Assembly (NCBI RefSeq): GCF_003334315.1
Contig: NZ_QOWR01000008.1
Reading direction: 5' to 3' (one strand)
DNA length: 64,000 bases
Source of the DNA: Escherichia coli
Lineage (GTDB): Bacteria; Pseudomonadota; Gammaproteobacteria; Enterobacterales; Enterobacteriaceae
Shown here: positions 25,559 to 40,312 of the stretch, in pieces
How the letters are laid out: each line of letters opens with the position of its first letter
How positions within the stretch are numbered: position 1 is the stretch's first letter
The notes under the pieces: model-generated
Databases searched by the model: none
Told to the model about the DNA's origin: nothing
Seen by the model: only the letters and a program-made list of their open reading frames with translations
Translations under genes and position numbers: made by a program

Positions 25559-26682
25559 TTCGCTTAGCGCCCTTGATTACCGCCGACGTTGACACCACCA
25601 CATTGCCTGGCGGCAAAGCCAGCGATGCTGCACAAGATTTTCTCGCGTTGTTGAGCGAAGCATTAGCAGGCGAGACAACAACCGACAAAGCGGCCCCCCA
25701 GTTGCTGGTGGCAACAGATAAGCCCACGACAAAAGGCGAGCCGCTGGTCAGCGAGATTGTTTCCGATGCGCAACAAGCGGATTTACTGATCCCTGTGGAT
25801 GAAACACTTCCTGTCATCAACGACGAACAATCCACATCAACACCGTTAACCACCGCTCAGACGATGACGTTGGCTGCGGTGGCTGACAAAAATACGACAC
25901 AAGACGAAAAAGCGGATGACCTTAATGAAGACGTCACCGCAAGTCTGAGCGCCCTTTTTGCGATGTTGCCGGGTTTTGACAATACGCCCAAAGTGACTGA
26001 TGCACCGTCAACCGTGTTACCGGCAGAGAAACCAACGCTCTTCACAAAACTGACTTCTGCGCAACTCACTACAGCACAGCCTGATGACGCCCCCGGCACA
26101 CCAGCTCAGCCATTAACACCGCTGGTAGCAGAAGCCCAGAGTAAAGCGGAAGTCATCAGCACGCCTTCGCCGGTGACCGCTGACGCCAGCCCGCTAATCA
26201 CTCCACACCAGACACAGCCACTGCCCACCGTCGCCGCGCCTGTTTTGAGTGCACCGCTGGGTTCTCACGAATGGCAACAATCATTAAGCCAGCATATTTC
26301 GCTGTTCACCCGCCAGGGGCAACAAAGTGCAGAGTTGCGTCTGCACCCACAGGATTTAGGTGAAGTGCAAATTTCCCTCAAAGTGGATGATAACCAGGCG
26401 CAGATCCAGATGATTTCACCGCATCAGCACGTACGCGCCGCCCTCGAAGCAGCGCTGCCGGTACTGCGTACGCAGCTGGCCGAAAGTGGCATTCAGTTAG
26501 GGCAAAGCAACATCAGTGGCGAAAGCTTTAGTGGTCAGCAGCAGGCCGCGTCCCAACAACAGCAAAGCCAACGCACAGCAAACCATGAACCTCTGGCGGG
26601 GGAAGACGACGATACGCTTCCGGTTCCCGTCTCTTTACAAGGGCGTGTAACAGGTAACAGCGGCGTTGATATTTTCGCCTAA
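25555..26682 (+). CDS. fliK: flagellar hook-length control protein FliK
   Basis: 375 aa, Pro/Gln/Thr-rich. Confidence 0.9.
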   Translation: MIRLAPLITADVDTTTLPGGKASDAAQDFLALLSEALAGETTTDKAAPQLLVATDKPTTKGEPLVSEIVSDAQQADLLIPVDETLPVINDEQSTSTPLTTAQTMTLAAVADKNTTQDEKADDLNEDVTASLSALFAMLPGFDNTPKVTDAPSTVLPAEKPTLFTKLTSAQLTTAQPDDAPGTPAQPLTPLVAEAQSKAEVISTPSPVTADASPLITPHQTQPLPTVAAPVLSAPLGSHEWQQSLSQHISLFTRQGQQSAELRLHPQDLGEVQISLKVDDNQAQIQMISPHQHVRAALEAALPVLRTQLAESGIQLGQSNISGESFSGQQQAASQQQQSQRTANHEPLAGEDDDTLPVPVSLQGRVTGNSGVDIFA

Positions 26683-26749
26683 CGTCAGAGGTAGCACCGT
26701 AATCCTCGTCTTTTCCCCGCTTTGTTGCGCTCAAGACGCAGGATAATTA

Positions 26750-26757
26750 GCCGATAA
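26750..26757 (+). promoter_or_regulatory. possible sigma-28 -10 element (GCCGATAA) upstream of fliL
   Basis: exact GCCGATAA 30 nt upstream of the fliL ATG; the upstream -35 (TCAAGACG) is a weak match; the fliL operon is known to carry FlhDC class-2 and sigma-28 promoters. Confidence 0.3.
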
Positions 26758-26786
26758 GCAGTAGCGACACAGGAAGACCGCAACAC

Positions 26787-27251
26787 ATGACTGATTACGC
26801 GATAAGCAAGAAAAGCAAGCGATCGCTTTGGATCCCGATTCTGGTATTCATTACCCTCGCGGCCTGTGCCAGCGCAGGTTACAGCTACTGGCATTCGCAT
26901 CAGGTTGCCGCTGACGACAAAGCGCAGCAACGCGTCGTGCCCTCCCCGGTCTTCTATGCGCTGGATACCTTTACGGTCAATCTGGGCGATGCAGATCGCG
27001 TACTTTATATCGGCATAACCCTGCGCCTGAAAGATGAAGCTACCCGCTCGCGGCTGAGTGAGTATTTGCCGGAAGTCCGTAGCCGTTTGCTGTTACTGTT
27101 TTCGCGTCAGGATGCTGCCGTACTGGCGACAGAAGAAGGCAAGAAAAACCTGATTGCCGAGATTAAAACCACGCTTTCCACCCCGCTTGTTGCCGGGCAA
27201 CCGAAACAGGATGTCACCGACGTGCTGTATACCGCTTTTATTCTGCGATAA
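26787..27251 (+). CDS. fliL: flagellar basal-body protein FliL
   Basis: 154 aa with a single transmembrane segment. Confidence 0.9.
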   Translation: MTDYAISKKSKRSLWIPILVFITLAACASAGYSYWHSHQVAADDKAQQRVVPSPVFYALDTFTVNLGDADRVLYIGITLRLKDEATRSRLSEYLPEVRSRLLLLFSRQDAAVLATEEGKKNLIAEIKTTLSTPLVAGQPKQDVTDVLYTAFILR

Positions 27252-27255
27252 CGAC

Positions 27256-28260
27256 ATGGGCGATAGTATTCTTTCTCAAGCTGAAATTGATGCGCTGTTG
27301 AATGGTGACAGCGAAGTCAAAGACGAACCGACAGCCAGTGTTAGCGGCGAAAGTGACATTCGTCCGTACGATCCGAATACCCAACGACGGGTTGTGCGCG
27401 AACGTTTGCAGGCGCTGGAAATCATTAATGAGCGCTTTGCCCGCCATTTTCGTATGGGGCTGTTCAACCTGCTGCGTCGTAGCCCGGATATAACCGTCGG
27501 GGCCATCCGCATTCAGCCGTACCATGAATTTGCCCGCAACCTGCCGGTGCCGACCAACCTGAACCTTATACACCTTAAACCGCTGCGCGGCACAGGGCTG
27601 GTGGTGTTCTCGCCGAGCCTGGTGTTTATCGCCGTGGATAACCTGTTTGGCGGCGATGGACGCTTCCCGACCAAAGTGGAAGGTCGCGAGTTTACCCATA
27701 CCGAACAGCGCGTCATCAACCGCATGTTAAAGCTGGCGCTTGAAGGCTATAGCGACGCCTGGAAAGCGATTAATCCGCTGGAAGTTGAGTACGTGCGTTC
27801 GGAAATGCAGGTGAAATTCACTAATATCACCACCTCGCCGAACGACATTGTGGTTAACACGCCGTTCCATGTGGAGATTGGCAACCTGACCGGCGAATTT
27901 AATATCTGCCTGCCATTCAGCATGATCGAGCCGCTACGGGAATTGTTGGTTAACCCGCCGCTGGAAAACTCGCGTAATGAAGATCAGAACTGGCGCGATA
28001 ACCTGGTGCGCCAGGTGCAGCATTCACAGCTGGAACTGGTGGCCAACTTTGCCGATATCTCGCTACGCCTGTCGCAGATTTTAAAACTGAAACCCGGCGA
28101 CGTCCTGCCGATAGAAAAACCCGATCGCATCATCGCCCATGTTGACGGCGTTCCGGTACTGACCAGTCAGTACGGCACCCTCAACGGTCAGTATGCGTTA
28201 CGGATAGAACATTTGATTAACCCGATTTTAAATTCTCTGAACGAGGAACAGCCCAAATGA
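27256..28260 (+). CDS. fliM: flagellar motor switch protein FliM
   Basis: MGDSILSQAEIDALLNGD...; 334 aa after trimming 34 upstream codons. Confidence 0.9.
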   Translation: MGDSILSQAEIDALLNGDSEVKDEPTASVSGESDIRPYDPNTQRRVVRERLQALEIINERFARHFRMGLFNLLRRSPDITVGAIRIQPYHEFARNLPVPTNLNLIHLKPLRGTGLVVFSPSLVFIAVDNLFGGDGRFPTKVEGREFTHTEQRVINRMLKLALEGYSDAWKAINPLEVEYVRSEMQVKFTNITTSPNDIVVNTPFHVEIGNLTGEFNICLPFSMIEPLRELLVNPPLENSRNEDQNWRDNLVRQVQHSQLELVANFADISLRLSQILKLKPGDVLPIEKPDRIIAHVDGVPVLTSQYGTLNGQYALRIEHLINPILNSLNEEQPK

Positions 28261-28670
28261 GTGACATGAATAATCCGGCCGATGACAACAACGGCGCAAT
28301 GGACGATCTGTGGGCTGAAGCGTTGAGCGAGCAAAAATCAACCAGTGGAAAAAGCGCTGCCGACGCGGTGTTCCAGCAATTTGGCGGCGGAGATGTCAGC
28401 GGAACGTTGCAGGATATCGACCTGATTATGGATATTCCGGTCAAGCTGACCGTCGAGCTGGGCCGTACGCGGATGACCATCAAAGAGCTGTTGCGTCTGA
28501 CGCAAGGATCAGTCGTGGCGCTGGACGGTCTGGCGGGCGAACCGCTGGATATTCTGATCAACGGTTATTTAATTGCCCAGGGCGAAGTGGTGGTCGTTGC
28601 CGATAAATATGGCGTGCGGATCACCGATATCATTACCCCGTCCGAGCGGATGCGCCGCCTGAGCCGTTAG
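28257..28670 (+). CDS. fliN: flagellar motor switch protein FliN
   Basis: 137 aa; ATGA overlap with fliM. Confidence 0.9.
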   Translation: MSDMNNPADDNNGAMDDLWAEALSEQKSTSGKSAADAVFQQFGGGDVSGTLQDIDLIMDIPVKLTVELGRTRMTIKELLRLTQGSVVALDGLAGEPLDILINGYLIAQGEVVVVADKYGVRITDIITPSERMRRLSR

Positions 28671-29038
28671 TGATGAATAACCATGCTACTGTGCAATCTT
28701 CCGCGCCGGTTTCTGCTGCGTCACTGCTGCAGGTGAGCGGCGCACTCATCGCCATTATTGCCCTGATCCTCGCTGCCGCCTGGCTGGTAAAACGGCTGGG
28801 ATTTGCCCCTAAACGCACTGGCGTTAACGGTCTGAAAATTAGCGCCAGTGCTTCGCTGGGCGCGCGTGAACGGGTTGTGGTGGTCGATGTGGAAGATGCA
28901 CGGCTGGTGCTCGGCGTTACCGCAGGGCAAATCAATCTGCTGCATAAACTTCCCCCTTCAGCACCAACGGAAGAGATACCGCAGCCCGATTTTCAGTCGG
29001 TCATGAAAAGCTTGCTTAAGCGTAGCGGGAGATCCTGA
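28670..29038 (+). CDS. fliO: flagellar biosynthesis protein FliO
   Basis: 122 aa; TGATG overlap with fliN. Confidence 0.85.
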   Translation: MMNNHATVQSSAPVSAASLLQVSGALIAIIALILAAAWLVKRLGFAPKRTGVNGLKISASASLGARERVVVVDVEDARLVLGVTAGQINLLHKLPPSAPTEEIPQPDFQSVMKSLLKRSGRS

Positions 29039-29775
29039 TGCGTCGTTTGTTGTCTGTCGCCCCTGTCCTTCTCTGGCTGATTACGCCCCTCGCCTTCGCG
29101 CAACTGCCGGGTATCACCAGCCAGCCGCTGCCTGGCGGTGGACAAAGCTGGTCGCTCCCGGTGCAGACGCTGGTGTTCATCACCTCGTTGACGTTTATTC
29201 CGGCAATTTTACTGATGATGACCAGTTTCACCCGCATCATTATTGTTTTTGGTTTATTGCGTAACGCGCTGGGAACGCCCTCCGCGCCACCTAACCAGGT
29301 ATTGCTGGGGCTGGCACTGTTTTTGACCTTTTTTATTATGTCGCCAGTGATCGACAAAATTTATGTCGATGCGTACCAGCCATTCAGCGAAGAGAAAATA
29401 TCAATGCAGGAGGCGCTGGAAAAAGGGGCGCAGCCGCTGCGTGAGTTTATGCTGCGTCAGACCCGTGAGGCGGATTTAGGGTTGTTTGCCAGACTGGCGA
29501 ATACTGGCCCGTTGCAGGGACCTGAAGCCGTGCCGATGCGCATTTTGCTCCCGGCCTACGTGACCAGCGAGTTGAAAACCGCATTTCAGATAGGCTTCAC
29601 GATTTTCATCCCTTTTTTGATTATCGACCTGGTGATAGCCAGCGTGTTGATGGCATTAGGGATGATGATGGTTCCCCCCGCCACCATTGCTCTGCCCTTT
29701 AAACTGATGCTGTTTGTACTGGTGGATGGCTGGCAATTGCTGGTCGGTTCGCTGGCGCAGAGCTTTTACAGCTAG
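29038..29775 (+). CDS. fliP: flagellar export apparatus protein FliP
   Basis: 245 aa with signal peptide. Confidence 0.9.
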   Translation: MRRLLSVAPVLLWLITPLAFAQLPGITSQPLPGGGQSWSLPVQTLVFITSLTFIPAILLMMTSFTRIIIVFGLLRNALGTPSAPPNQVLLGLALFLTFFIMSPVIDKIYVDAYQPFSEEKISMQEALEKGAQPLREFMLRQTREADLGLFARLANTGPLQGPEAVPMRILLPAYVTSELKTAFQIGFTIFIPFLIIDLVIASVLMALGMMMVPPATIALPFKLMLFVLVDGWQLLVGSLAQSFYS

Positions 29776-29784
29776 AGAGGCAAA

Positions 29785-30054
29785 ATGACACCTGAATCGG
29801 TCATGATGATGGGGACTGAAGCGATGAAAGTCGCGCTGGCACTGGCTGCCCCGCTATTGTTGGTAGCGTTGGTCACGGGCCTTATCATCAGTATTTTGCA
29901 GGCCGCCACCCAGATTAACGAAATGACGCTGTCGTTTATTCCGAAAATCATCGCCGTATTTATTGCCATTATTATTGCCGGACCGTGGATGCTCAATCTG
30001 TTGCTGGATTACGTCCGCACCTTGTTCACTAACCTGCCGTATATCATCGGGTAG
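29785..30054 (+). CDS. fliQ: flagellar export apparatus protein FliQ
   Basis: 89 aa. Confidence 0.9.
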   Translation: MTPESVMMMGTEAMKVALALAAPLLLVALVTGLIISILQAATQINEMTLSFIPKIIAVFIAIIIAGPWMLNLLLDYVRTLFTNLPYIIG

Positions 30055-30061
30055 CCGTACT

Positions 30062-30847
30062 ATGTTGCAGGTGACAAGCGATCAATGGCTTTCCTGGCTA
30101 AGTCTGTACTTCTGGCCGTTACTGCGCGTGCTGGCGCTCATTTCTACCGCGCCAATTCTGAGCGAACGCAGCGTGCCGAAGCGGGTAAAACTGGGTCTGG
30201 CAATGATGATCACGTTCGCTATTGCCCCATCATTACCTGCCAACGATGTTCCTGTTTTTTCGTTCTTTACTCTGTGGCTGGCCGTGCAGCAGATCCTGAT
30301 CGGCATTGCGCTTGGTTTCACCATGCAATTTGCCTTTGCCGCTGTGCGAACCGCTGGCGAAATTATCGGTCTGCAAATGGGGCTGTCATTTGCGACGTTT
30401 GTCGATCCGGCCAGCCATCTCAACATGCCCGTTCTAGCGCGTATCATGGATATGCTGGCGTTACTGCTGTTCCTGACATTTAACGGTCATTTATGGTTGA
30501 TTTCACTGCTGGTCGATACCTTTCACACCCTGCCGATTGGTGGCGAACCGCTGAACAGCAATGCGTTTCTGGCACTCACCAAAGCAGGGAGTTTGATTTT
30601 CCTTAACGGGCTGATGCTGGCGTTACCGCTCATTACTCTGCTGCTGACCCTGAATCTGGCATTAGGTTTACTGAATCGTATGGCCCCGCAATTATCCATT
30701 TTTGTTATTGGATTTCCATTAACTCTGACTGTCGGCATCTCTTTAATGGCGGCATTAATGCCGTTAATTGCGCCTTTTTGCGAACATTTATTCAGTGAAA
30801 TTTTTAATTTGCTGGCTGATATTATTAGTGAATTGCCATTAATATAA
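30062..30847 (+). CDS. fliR: flagellar export apparatus protein FliR
   Basis: [26 protein letters not shown]...; 261 aa; I chose the internal start of the longer ORF in the track. Confidence 0.9.
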   Translation: MLQVTSDQWLSWLSLYFWPLLRVLALISTAPILSERSVPKRVKLGLAMMITFAIAPSLPANDVPVFSFFTLWLAVQQILIGIALGFTMQFAFAAVRTAGEIIGLQMGLSFATFVDPASHLNMPVLARIMDMLALLLFLTFNGHLWLISLLVDTFHTLPIGGEPLNSNAFLALTKAGSLIFLNGLMLALPLITLLLTLNLALGLLNRMAPQLSIFVIGFPLTLTVGISLMAALMPLIAPFCEHLFSEIFNLLADIISELPLI

Positions 30848-30873
30848 TTCCGTAACGTTTATCATGCTACCCT

Positions 30874-30887
30874 AAGGATTATCCGAA
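30874..30887 (+). promoter_or_regulatory. candidate RcsAB box upstream of rcsA
   Basis: TAAGGATTATCCGA resembles the RcsAB-box consensus TaAGaatatTCctA; rcsA autoregulation through such a box is established. Confidence 0.4.
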
Positions 30888-31136
30888 AAATAATATCTGC
30901 GAACATCTTCCAGGATACTCCTGTAGCGAAATATTTGTTTTAAGCTCACTCACATATCGCAACATTTACTTTACTTTAAGACAATTCCAGGCAAATTATA
31001 CAACACTTTACGGGATAGTAAGTCCGCCTGAAAAATTGCGAGAGTGGCGCATTAGGTGACCCATGTTGTTCCGTTTAGTCATGATGAAATATTCAGGTAA
31101 GGGGAATTATCGTTACGCATTGAGTGAGGGTATGCC

Positions 31137-31760
31137 ATGTCAACGATTATTATGGATTTATGTAGTTACACCCGACTAGGTTTAACCGGGTATCTGTTGA
31201 GTAGAGGGGTTAAAAAAAGAGAAATCAACGACATTGAAACCGTTGATGACCTTGCCATAGCTTGTGATTCACAGCGCCCTTCAGTGGTGTTTATTAATGA
31301 GGACTGTTTCATCCATGATGCTTCTAACAGTCAGCGCATCAAGCACATCATTAATCAACATCCCAATACGTTATTTATCGTTTTTATGGCAATTGCCAAT
31401 GTTCATTTTGATGAATATCTATTGGTCAGAAAAAATTTATTGATAAGTTCTAAATCGATTAAACCGGAATCTCTCGACGATATCCTTGGCGATATTCTGA
31501 AAAAAGAGACAACGATAACCTCTTTTTTAAATATGCCGACGTTATCATTGAGCCGAACCGAATCGAGTATGTTGCGAATGTGGATGGCAGGTCAGGGAAC
31601 CATCCAAATCTCTGACCAAATGAATATCAAAGCCAAGACCGTTTCATCGCATAAAGGTAATATTAAACGTAAGATCAAAACGCATAATAAACAGGTTATC
31701 TACCATGTCGTCCGACTGACGGATAATGTGACTAATGGTATTTTTGTCAACATGCGCTAA
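31137..31760 (+). CDS. rcsA: capsule-synthesis co-regulator RcsA (LuxR family)
   Basis: 207 aa [25 protein letters not shown]... Confidence 0.9.
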   Translation: MSTIIMDLCSYTRLGLTGYLLSRGVKKREINDIETVDDLAIACDSQRPSVVFINEDCFIHDASNSQRIKHIINQHPNTLFIVFMAIANVHFDEYLLVRKNLLISSKSIKPESLDDILGDILKKETTITSFLNMPTLSLSRTESSMLRMWMAGQGTIQISDQMNIKAKTVSSHKGNIKRKIKTHNKQVIYHVVRLTDNVTNGIFVNMR

Positions 31761-31803
31761 CACATTCTGACTGGTGGTTTCCCACCAGTCAGGCTGAATA
31801 AGA

Positions 31804-32082
<279 letters not shown>

Positions 32083-32154
32083 CTATACTTAAGAGATGCC
32101 AGGCGGACTTAACGACTGGCGGCAACAACAGAGTAACGGTTGCGAGGAAAGATG

Positions 32155-32382
32155 ATGAAAACCGCAAAAGAGTACAGCGATACCGCAAAACGTGAGGTCA
32201 GCGTCGATGTCGATGCCCTGCTGGCGGCGATCAATGAAATTAGCGAAAGCGAAGTTCATCGCAGCCAGAACGATTCTGAACACGTTAGCGTCGATGGACG
32301 TGAATATCATACATGGCGTGAATTGGCGGATGCCTTCGAACTGGATATTCATGACTTCAGCGTCTCTGAAGTGAATCGTTGA
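32155..32382 (+). CDS. yodD: stress-induced small protein YodD
   Basis: 75 aa MKTAKEYSDTAKREVSVDVDALLAAINEISE... Confidence 0.8.
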   Translation: MKTAKEYSDTAKREVSVDVDALLAAINEISESEVHRSQNDSEHVSVDGREYHTWRELADAFELDIHDFSVSEVNR

Positions 32383-32395
32383 ATGCACAATAAAA

Positions 32396-32482
32396 AAATC
32401 CCGACCCTGAGGGGGTCGGGATGAAACTTGCTTAAGCAAGAAGCACTTAAAAAATTCGTTACACCAGGAAATCTGATGTGTT
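32396..32482 (-). ncRNA. dsrA: Hfq-dependent sRNA DsrA (activates rpoS, represses hns)
   Basis: minus strand reads AACACATCAGATTTCCTGGTGTAACGAATTTTTTAAGTGCTTCTTGCTTAAGCAAGTTTCATCCCGACCCCCTCAGGGTCGGGATTT, the canonical 87-nt DsrA; it shares its terminator hairpin with yodD. Confidence 0.9.
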
Positions 32483-32661
32483 CATCACCTTATCCGCAAT
32501 TTTTTTCGCTGACAAGAAAATCTTCGCGATATGAATGATTAACGCTACTTATGAATAGAAATGTGACGTGCGTCACCCCTTGGTGGCTCTGGCGTCAACG
32601 GGATCGCTCCCGAAAAAATCATCTTTGATTATTTGTGCTGTTTTGAGAATCATCCTGGTAA

Positions 32662-35201
<2,540 letters not shown>

Positions 35202-35280
35202 CCTGCTTTTTTATGATTCTGGCATAACCTGGCGATAGCGTACCGCAAAACAGCGATAATTTTATAATGGTGGCATGATA

Positions 35281-35370
35281 AGACGCGATAGCGTCGCATC
35301 AGGCAATTCAGTGCAGACACTGGCACACCCGACCGGATGCGACGTGAGCGCCACATCCGGTCGGGTGTTA
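35281..35370. repeat. REP/BIME cluster
   Basis: GACGCGATAGCGTCGCATCAGGCA and CCGACCGGATGCGACGTGAGCGCCACATCCGGTCGGG, typical REP palindromes. Confidence 0.5.
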
Positions 35371-35381
35371 ATGATACCCTT

Positions 35382-35564
35382 TCAAACTTCTTCCGCAGGA
35401 CGACTTCCCACCCCTGGAACAAGCTCGGTTTCATGAAAAGCTTCCCGCTTGACCCCGTAACCGTCATACCAACGACACTCAACCATACCGCTGGAGTATC
35501 CGGTGACAATCATCCGCGGGCCGCCCTCTTTAACCGTAACTTCCTCACTAACCATAAAGCTCAT
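35382..35564 (-). CDS. yodC: small protein YodC
   Basis: 60 aa MSFMVSEEVTVKEGGPRMIVTGYSSGMVECRWYDGYGVKREAFHETELVPG. Confidence 0.8.
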   Translation of the reverse strand: MSFMVSEEVTVKEGGPRMIVTGYSSGMVECRWYDGYGVKREAFHETELVPGVGSRPAEEV

Positions 35565-35642
35565 ACTCGCCTCCTTTTTTCGAGTAAAACTTGTTCACCT
35601 TAGTTGAAGATGGCGAATTTTGCATAATAGCCAGTGCGAGTA

Positions 35643-36560
35643 TTAATGTGCCTGACCGCGTATTTTCGCTACGGCTTTCACTCCCAGCACCACGATGCCG
35701 CCGATGATAAATCCAAGAATCAGATTTAAAACAGTCGGTAATATCATCGCCACCACTGCACTTTGCTGCCCGGCGAAATGTTCAATGGCGTGATGCAGCG
35801 GCGCAATTCCATGTACCACAATCCCACCGCCGACGAGGAACATCGCCAGCGTGCCGACAATCGATAACGCTTTCATCAGCCAGGGCGCAATGATCAATAA
35901 CCCTTTACCTAATGCCTGCATCAGCGCGCTGGATTTTTCCGCCAGCCAATACCCCAGGTCATCAATCTTAACGATAACCCCTACCAGACCGTAGACGCCC
36001 ACGGTCACTACCAGCGCGATGCCTGAAAGCACCAGCACTTGATTAAGCAACGACGCTTCGGCCACAATCCCCAGCGTGATGGCGACGATTTCCGCAGACA
36101 ATATAAAATCGGTACGAATCGCCCCTTTTATTTTGTCCTTTTCAAACTTCAGCGGATCCTGCGCCGCCAGCTTCTCCAGACGCTGCTGGCTCTGCGCCGG
36201 ATCTTCTTTATGTTTACGCGCCTCCAGCATATGCAGCACTTTCTCTACCCCTTCAAAGCAGAGAAACGCGCCACCAATCATCAACAGAGGCGTAATCGCC
36301 CACGGGATAAACGCACTGATGATCAGCGCCAGCGGCACCAGAATCACTTTATTAATCAGCGATCCTTTCGCCACGCCCCAGACCACGGGAAGTTCCCGGT
36401 TGGCCCGCACGCCTGAAACTTGTTGCGCATTGAGCGATAAGTCATCCCCTAATACACCGGCGGTTTTCTTCGCCGCCAGTTTGCCCATCACGGAGATATC
36501 GTCCAGTAGTGTGGCGATATCATCGAGCAACGTCAGTAAACTACTCCCGGCCAAAAGCAT
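35643..36560 (-). CDS. yedI: DUF808 inner-membrane protein YedI
   Basis: 305-aa polytopic membrane protein. Confidence 0.85.
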   Translation of the reverse strand: MLLAGSSLLTLLDDIATLLDDISVMGKLAAKKTAGVLGDDLSLNAQQVSGVRANRELPVVWGVAKGSLINKVILVPLALIISAFIPWAITPLLMIGGAFLCFEGVEKVLHMLEARKHKEDPAQSQQRLEKLAAQDPLKFEKDKIKGAIRTDFILSAEIVAITLGIVAEASLLNQVLVLSGIALVVTVGVYGLVGVIVKIDDLGYWLAEKSSALMQALGKGLLIIAPWLMKALSIVGTLAMFLVGGGIVVHGIAPLHHAIEHFAGQQSAVVAMILPTVLNLILGFIIGGIVVLGVKAVAKIRGQAH

Positions 36561-36732
36561 TCCCTCTCATTTTTATTGTTGAAGGGTGTAAGTATGAAGC
36601 AAAAACGGCAGCTCTGATACTTGCTTCACAGGTCAACATTTTTTTAACAATCAAGTGCAATTATATCTCTCGCCAGCAGAATGATTTTCACGTTTACTAT
36701 GAACCACCTTTTTATTTCCACCGTGAGGGATT

Positions 36733-37653
36733 ATGCGTTTCCGCCAGTTGTTACCGCTTTTTGGCGCGCTGTTTGCGTTGTATATCATTTGGGGCTCAAC
36801 CTATTTTGTCATTCGGATTGGCGTGGAAAGCTGGCCTCCGTTAATGATGGCAGGCGTTCGATTCCTGGCAGCCGGTATTTTATTGATGGCATTTTTGCTA
36901 CTGCGCGGACACAAGCTCCCCCCGCTACGTCCGCTGCTCAATGCCGCGCTGATTGGCCTGTTATTGCTGGCTGTCGGTAATGGCATGGTGACGGTTGCCG
37001 AGCATCAAAATGTTCCTTCCGGCATCGCCGCCGTAGTGGTTGCAACCGTGCCCCTCTTTACCCTGTGCTTCAGCCGCCTGTTTGGCATTAAAACGCGCAA
37101 ACTGGAATGGGTGGGTATTGCCATTGGGCTTGCCGGAATCATCATGCTCAATAGCGGTGGAAATTTAAGCGGCAATCCGTGGGGCGCGATTCTGATTTTA
37201 ATCGGCTCGATTAGCTGGGCGTTTGGCTCGGTTTATGGCTCGCGCATTACCTTACCTGTAGGGATGATGGCGGGTGCGATTGAGATGCTGGCGGCAGGCG
37301 TGGTGTTAATGATCGCGTCGATGATTGCAGGTGAAAAACTGACGGCGCTCCCTTCCCTTTCAGGCTTCCTTGCGGTCGGCTATCTGGCGCTGTTTGGTTC
37401 GATTATCGCCATCAACGCTTATATGTATTTAATCCGTAATGTCAGTCCGGCTCTCGCCACCAGCTACGCCTACGTTAACCCGGTGGTCGCGGTCTTGCTG
37501 GGTACGGGACTGGGCGGAGAGACGCTGTCGAAGATTGAATGGCTGGCGCTCGGCGTAATTGTCTTCGCGGTGGTACTGGTCACGTTGGGAAAATATCTCT
37601 TCCCGGCAAAACCCGTAGTTGCGCCAGTTATGCAGGACGCATCAAGCGAGTAA
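36733..37653 (+). CDS. yedA: EamA/DMT-family transporter YedA
   Basis: 306 aa with two EamA repeats. Confidence 0.85.
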   Translation: MRFRQLLPLFGALFALYIIWGSTYFVIRIGVESWPPLMMAGVRFLAAGILLMAFLLLRGHKLPPLRPLLNAALIGLLLLAVGNGMVTVAEHQNVPSGIAAVVVATVPLFTLCFSRLFGIKTRKLEWVGIAIGLAGIIMLNSGGNLSGNPWGAILILIGSISWAFGSVYGSRITLPVGMMAGAIEMLAAGVVLMIASMIAGEKLTALPSLSGFLAVGYLALFGSIIAINAYMYLIRNVSPALATSYAYVNPVVAVLLGTGLGGETLSKIEWLALGVIVFAVVLVTLGKYLFPAKPVVAPVMQDASSE

Positions 37654-38112
37654 ATGAATCCCCTGCGTGTCGATCTGCGCGCTGGCACCTTCGCCGCAGA
37701 TCCACTCTTCCAGACGCTCGGTAAGCGCTTCATCCGTCAGCTTCTCGCGCCCACGTAATGCACACTCCCAGACAATCAGTACGCGCCAGCCGAGTTCCTG
37801 CAAACGACTGATATCGCGGCGATCGCGTTCAACATTTTTACCTATCTTCTCCAGCCAGAACTCGGTTCGAGTCGCAGGCACTTTAAACAGATAGCAGTGA
37901 TGATGATGCCAGAAGCAGCCATGGGTAAATATCACGCAGCGATATTCATCAACGACAAAATCCGGGCGACCGGGCAGACTGGCGTCCTGAACGCGAAACG
38001 CCAGGCCCTGCCCGGTTAACAGACTGGCGAGGCGCTTCTCAATCGCCGTATCACGCGTGGCAATCGCGCGCATATTTTTGCTGCGAGTGGCCTTATCGTG
38101 AACGTCGGCCAT
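37642..38112 (-). CDS. vsr: very-short-patch repair endonuclease
   Basis: [32 protein letters not shown]...; 156 aa; start lies inside the 3' end of dcm. Confidence 0.9.
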   Translation of the reverse strand: MADVHDKATRSKNMRAIATRDTAIEKRLASLLTGQGLAFRVQDASLPGRPDFVVDEYRCVIFTHGCFWHHHHCYLFKVPATRTEFWLEKIGKNVERDRRDISRLQELGWRVLIVWECALRGREKLTDEALTERLEEWICGEGASAQIDTQGIHLLA

Positions 38113-39511
38113 GTTGTGCCTCTTGCTGACGCAACGCCACCGCCTGTTTGATTTTTGGCTCAAGCAGTTTTGCCACCGCGGCAAAGACCGGCACGACCAC
38201 CGAGTTACCGAACTGGCGATAGGCCTGAGTGTCCGAAACCGGAATGCGGAATTTCGCTTCTCCCGGCGCTTCAAAACCCATTAAGCGCGCGCATTCCCGA
38301 GGCGTTAACCGACGTGGACGATGTTGCTGATTCTGCGGATCGTCAAAGTCTTTCTCACCTTTGGCCATATCCCAGCCGCGATCGATTAAAATTTCCGCGC
38401 CATCTTTGTAATAACGCGCAGACAGCGTACGCGTGACGCTTTGCGGATTGTTCGGATAAACCATTCCATAACCGAAGCCGTTACCGCGCGCCTGATGTTT
38501 TTTCGCATAACGATAGAGGTACTTCCACAGCACCGGCGTCAGGATATATTTCGCCTCGACCATCGGGTCCAGCAGCTGCGCCAGCGTCACTCGCTGTGCA
38601 GGGAAACATTCGCTGATATCACGCAGAGTAAAATCGGCTTTCAGATTCAGATCGCGACGAAAACCCACCAGCACGATGCGTTCACGGTGCTGCGGCAGGA
38701 AATGTTTGCCGTCGATGATTTTCGGATCGTCCGGCCCGTTATCTTCTGCATCAGCCACGTCATAGCCCAGTTCGTCCAGCGTCTGAATGATGATGCGGAA
38801 CGTTTTACCCTGGTCGTGACTTTTCAGGTTTTTGACGTTTTCGAGCACAAACATCGCCGGACGACGCGCGTCGATAATGCGCACCACATCAAAGAACAGC
38901 GTGCCCTGGGTATCGCAGGCAAAACCGTGCGCCCGCCCGAGCGAGTTCTTTTTCGATACGCCAGCCAGCGAAAATGGCTGACAAGGGAAACCGGCCAGTA
39001 AAACATCGTGTTCAGGAATGTGTTGACGAATATGTTCCGCCGCCGCCTCATCACTCACGCCTTCTTTATGGCTGAGGGTGATGTCGCGGATATCTTCATT
39101 AAAATGATGCGTCGCCGGGTCGCAATAATGGTTGGCTTTATAAGTACGTACCGCATGTTTGTTCCATTCGCTGGTAAACACGCACTGTCCGCCAATCGAT
39201 TCAAAACCGCGACGGATGCCGCCAATTCCGGCAAATAGATCGATAAAGCGAAACGCATAATGCGGATGATGTGCCGGTGGTTTGGGTAATAACGTTTGCA
39301 GATGGGCGAACTCTTTCTCACTTAAACGGTGCCATGCCGAGTCATTCGCCAGCGCACGTTTTAAAATTGCCGCGCTCCAGTGATTCTCACCCACACCATT
39401 AAGCTGCGCCACCAGCGTTTTAACATCATATATTTGCAGCAGTTTCTCCAGCATTGCCTGTGCGGCATTCCCGGTGCTGTATGAATCGGTTACTGATATA
39501 TTTTCCTGCAT
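38093..39511 (-). CDS. dcm: DNA-cytosine methyltransferase Dcm (CCWGG)
   Basis: 472 aa; C5-MTase motifs FAGIGG and PCQPFS. Confidence 0.9.
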   Translation of the reverse strand: MQENISVTDSYSTGNAAQAMLEKLLQIYDVKTLVAQLNGVGENHWSAAILKRALANDSAWHRLSEKEFAHLQTLLPKPPAHHPHYAFRFIDLFAGIGGIRRGFESIGGQCVFTSEWNKHAVRTYKANHYCDPATHHFNEDIRDITLSHKEGVSDEAAAEHIRQHIPEHDVLLAGFPCQPFSLAGVSKKNSLGRAHGFACDTQGTLFFDVVRIIDARRPAMFVLENVKNLKSHDQGKTFRIIIQTLDELGYDVADAEDNGPDDPKIIDGKHFLPQHRERIVLVGFRRDLNLKADFTLRDISECFPAQRVTLAQLLDPMVEAKYILTPVLWKYLYRYAKKHQARGNGFGYGMVYPNNPQSVTRTLSARYYKDGAEILIDRGWDMAKGEKDFDDPQNQQHRPRRLTPRECARLMGFEAPGEAKFRIPVSDTQAYRQFGNSVVVPVFAAVAKLLEPKIKQAVALRQQEAQHGRRSR

Positions 39512-39577
39512 AGATTTAACCGGCCATCTGAGATGGCCGACAGGTTAACATAATTACAGCCATTTAGGGCCACGCGC

Positions 39578-40273
39578 TCAGCCCGCGGGTGAAAACGCAT
39601 CTATCACCTTGTGATCGACACCTTCATTCTCCCCCGCCAGTTCGGCACTGAGCTTCGCCATAAACTCGACTAAAAAATGCGCGTTGTGCTGCGCCAGCTG
39701 CTTGCCTCTTGCGGTTTGCATGGTTTGCGGTAGCTTCAGCAACTTAGTCTGGAAATGATCCAGCGCGTAGCGTTTATCATCAAGCGGGCGATACTGTGCG
39801 AACGGATCTTCGCCATCAAACAGCGCCACGCCCAATGCCCCTGAAACGGCAAACACGCGCGCCAGGCCAATCGCCCCCAGGGCTTCCAGCCGATCCGCAT
39901 CCTGGACGATTTTAGCTTCCGTTGTTAAGGGGGCGATTTGCGCGCTGAAACTGTGAGCGGCAATGGCATGACAAACGGCCTCGATTTTCTCCGCCGGAAA
40001 TTGCACGAACTCTTCACGGAGCAGGCGACGCGTCTCTTCTGCCGCCAGGATTGAAGAACGCTGCCGTTGCGGATGATTTTTCGCCAGGCTCACAATATCG
40101 TGGAAATAACAGGCGGTTAAAATCACCAGCATATCGACGTCATCATCTGCCGCCAGCTTCTGTGCCGTAGCCCAGACGCGACGAAAATGACACACGTCAT
40201 GGGCCGCGTCCTGGTGCTGATGATGGTTTTTCAACCAGTTTTCGAACTCTGCCTGCCAGTGTTGTAAGTCCAT
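39578..40273 (-). CDS. yedJ: HD-domain phosphohydrolase YedJ
   Basis: HD motif AACYFHDIV; start trimmed to [13 protein letters not shown]. Confidence 0.85.
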   Translation of the reverse strand: MDLQHWQAEFENWLKNHHQHQDAAHDVCHFRRVWATAQKLAADDDVDMLVILTACYFHDIVSLAKNHPQRQRSSILAAEETRRLLREEFVQFPAEKIEAVCHAIAAHSFSAQIAPLTTEAKIVQDADRLEALGAIGLARVFAVSGALGVALFDGEDPFAQYRPLDDKRYALDHFQTKLLKLPQTMQTARGKQLAQHNAHFLVEFMAKLSAELAGENEGVDHKVIDAFSPAG

Positions 40274-40312
40274 ACGCGCTCCGTTGCCAAAGAGTCGCAA
40301 CCTTAGCAGTTT

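Noticed and set aside
35281-35370. Palindromic GC-rich repeats that could be mistaken for CRISPR or an IS end
   Set aside because: They are classic REP/BIME sequences (GCGTCGCATCAGGC type), single copies with no spacers and no adjacent cas or transposase genes.
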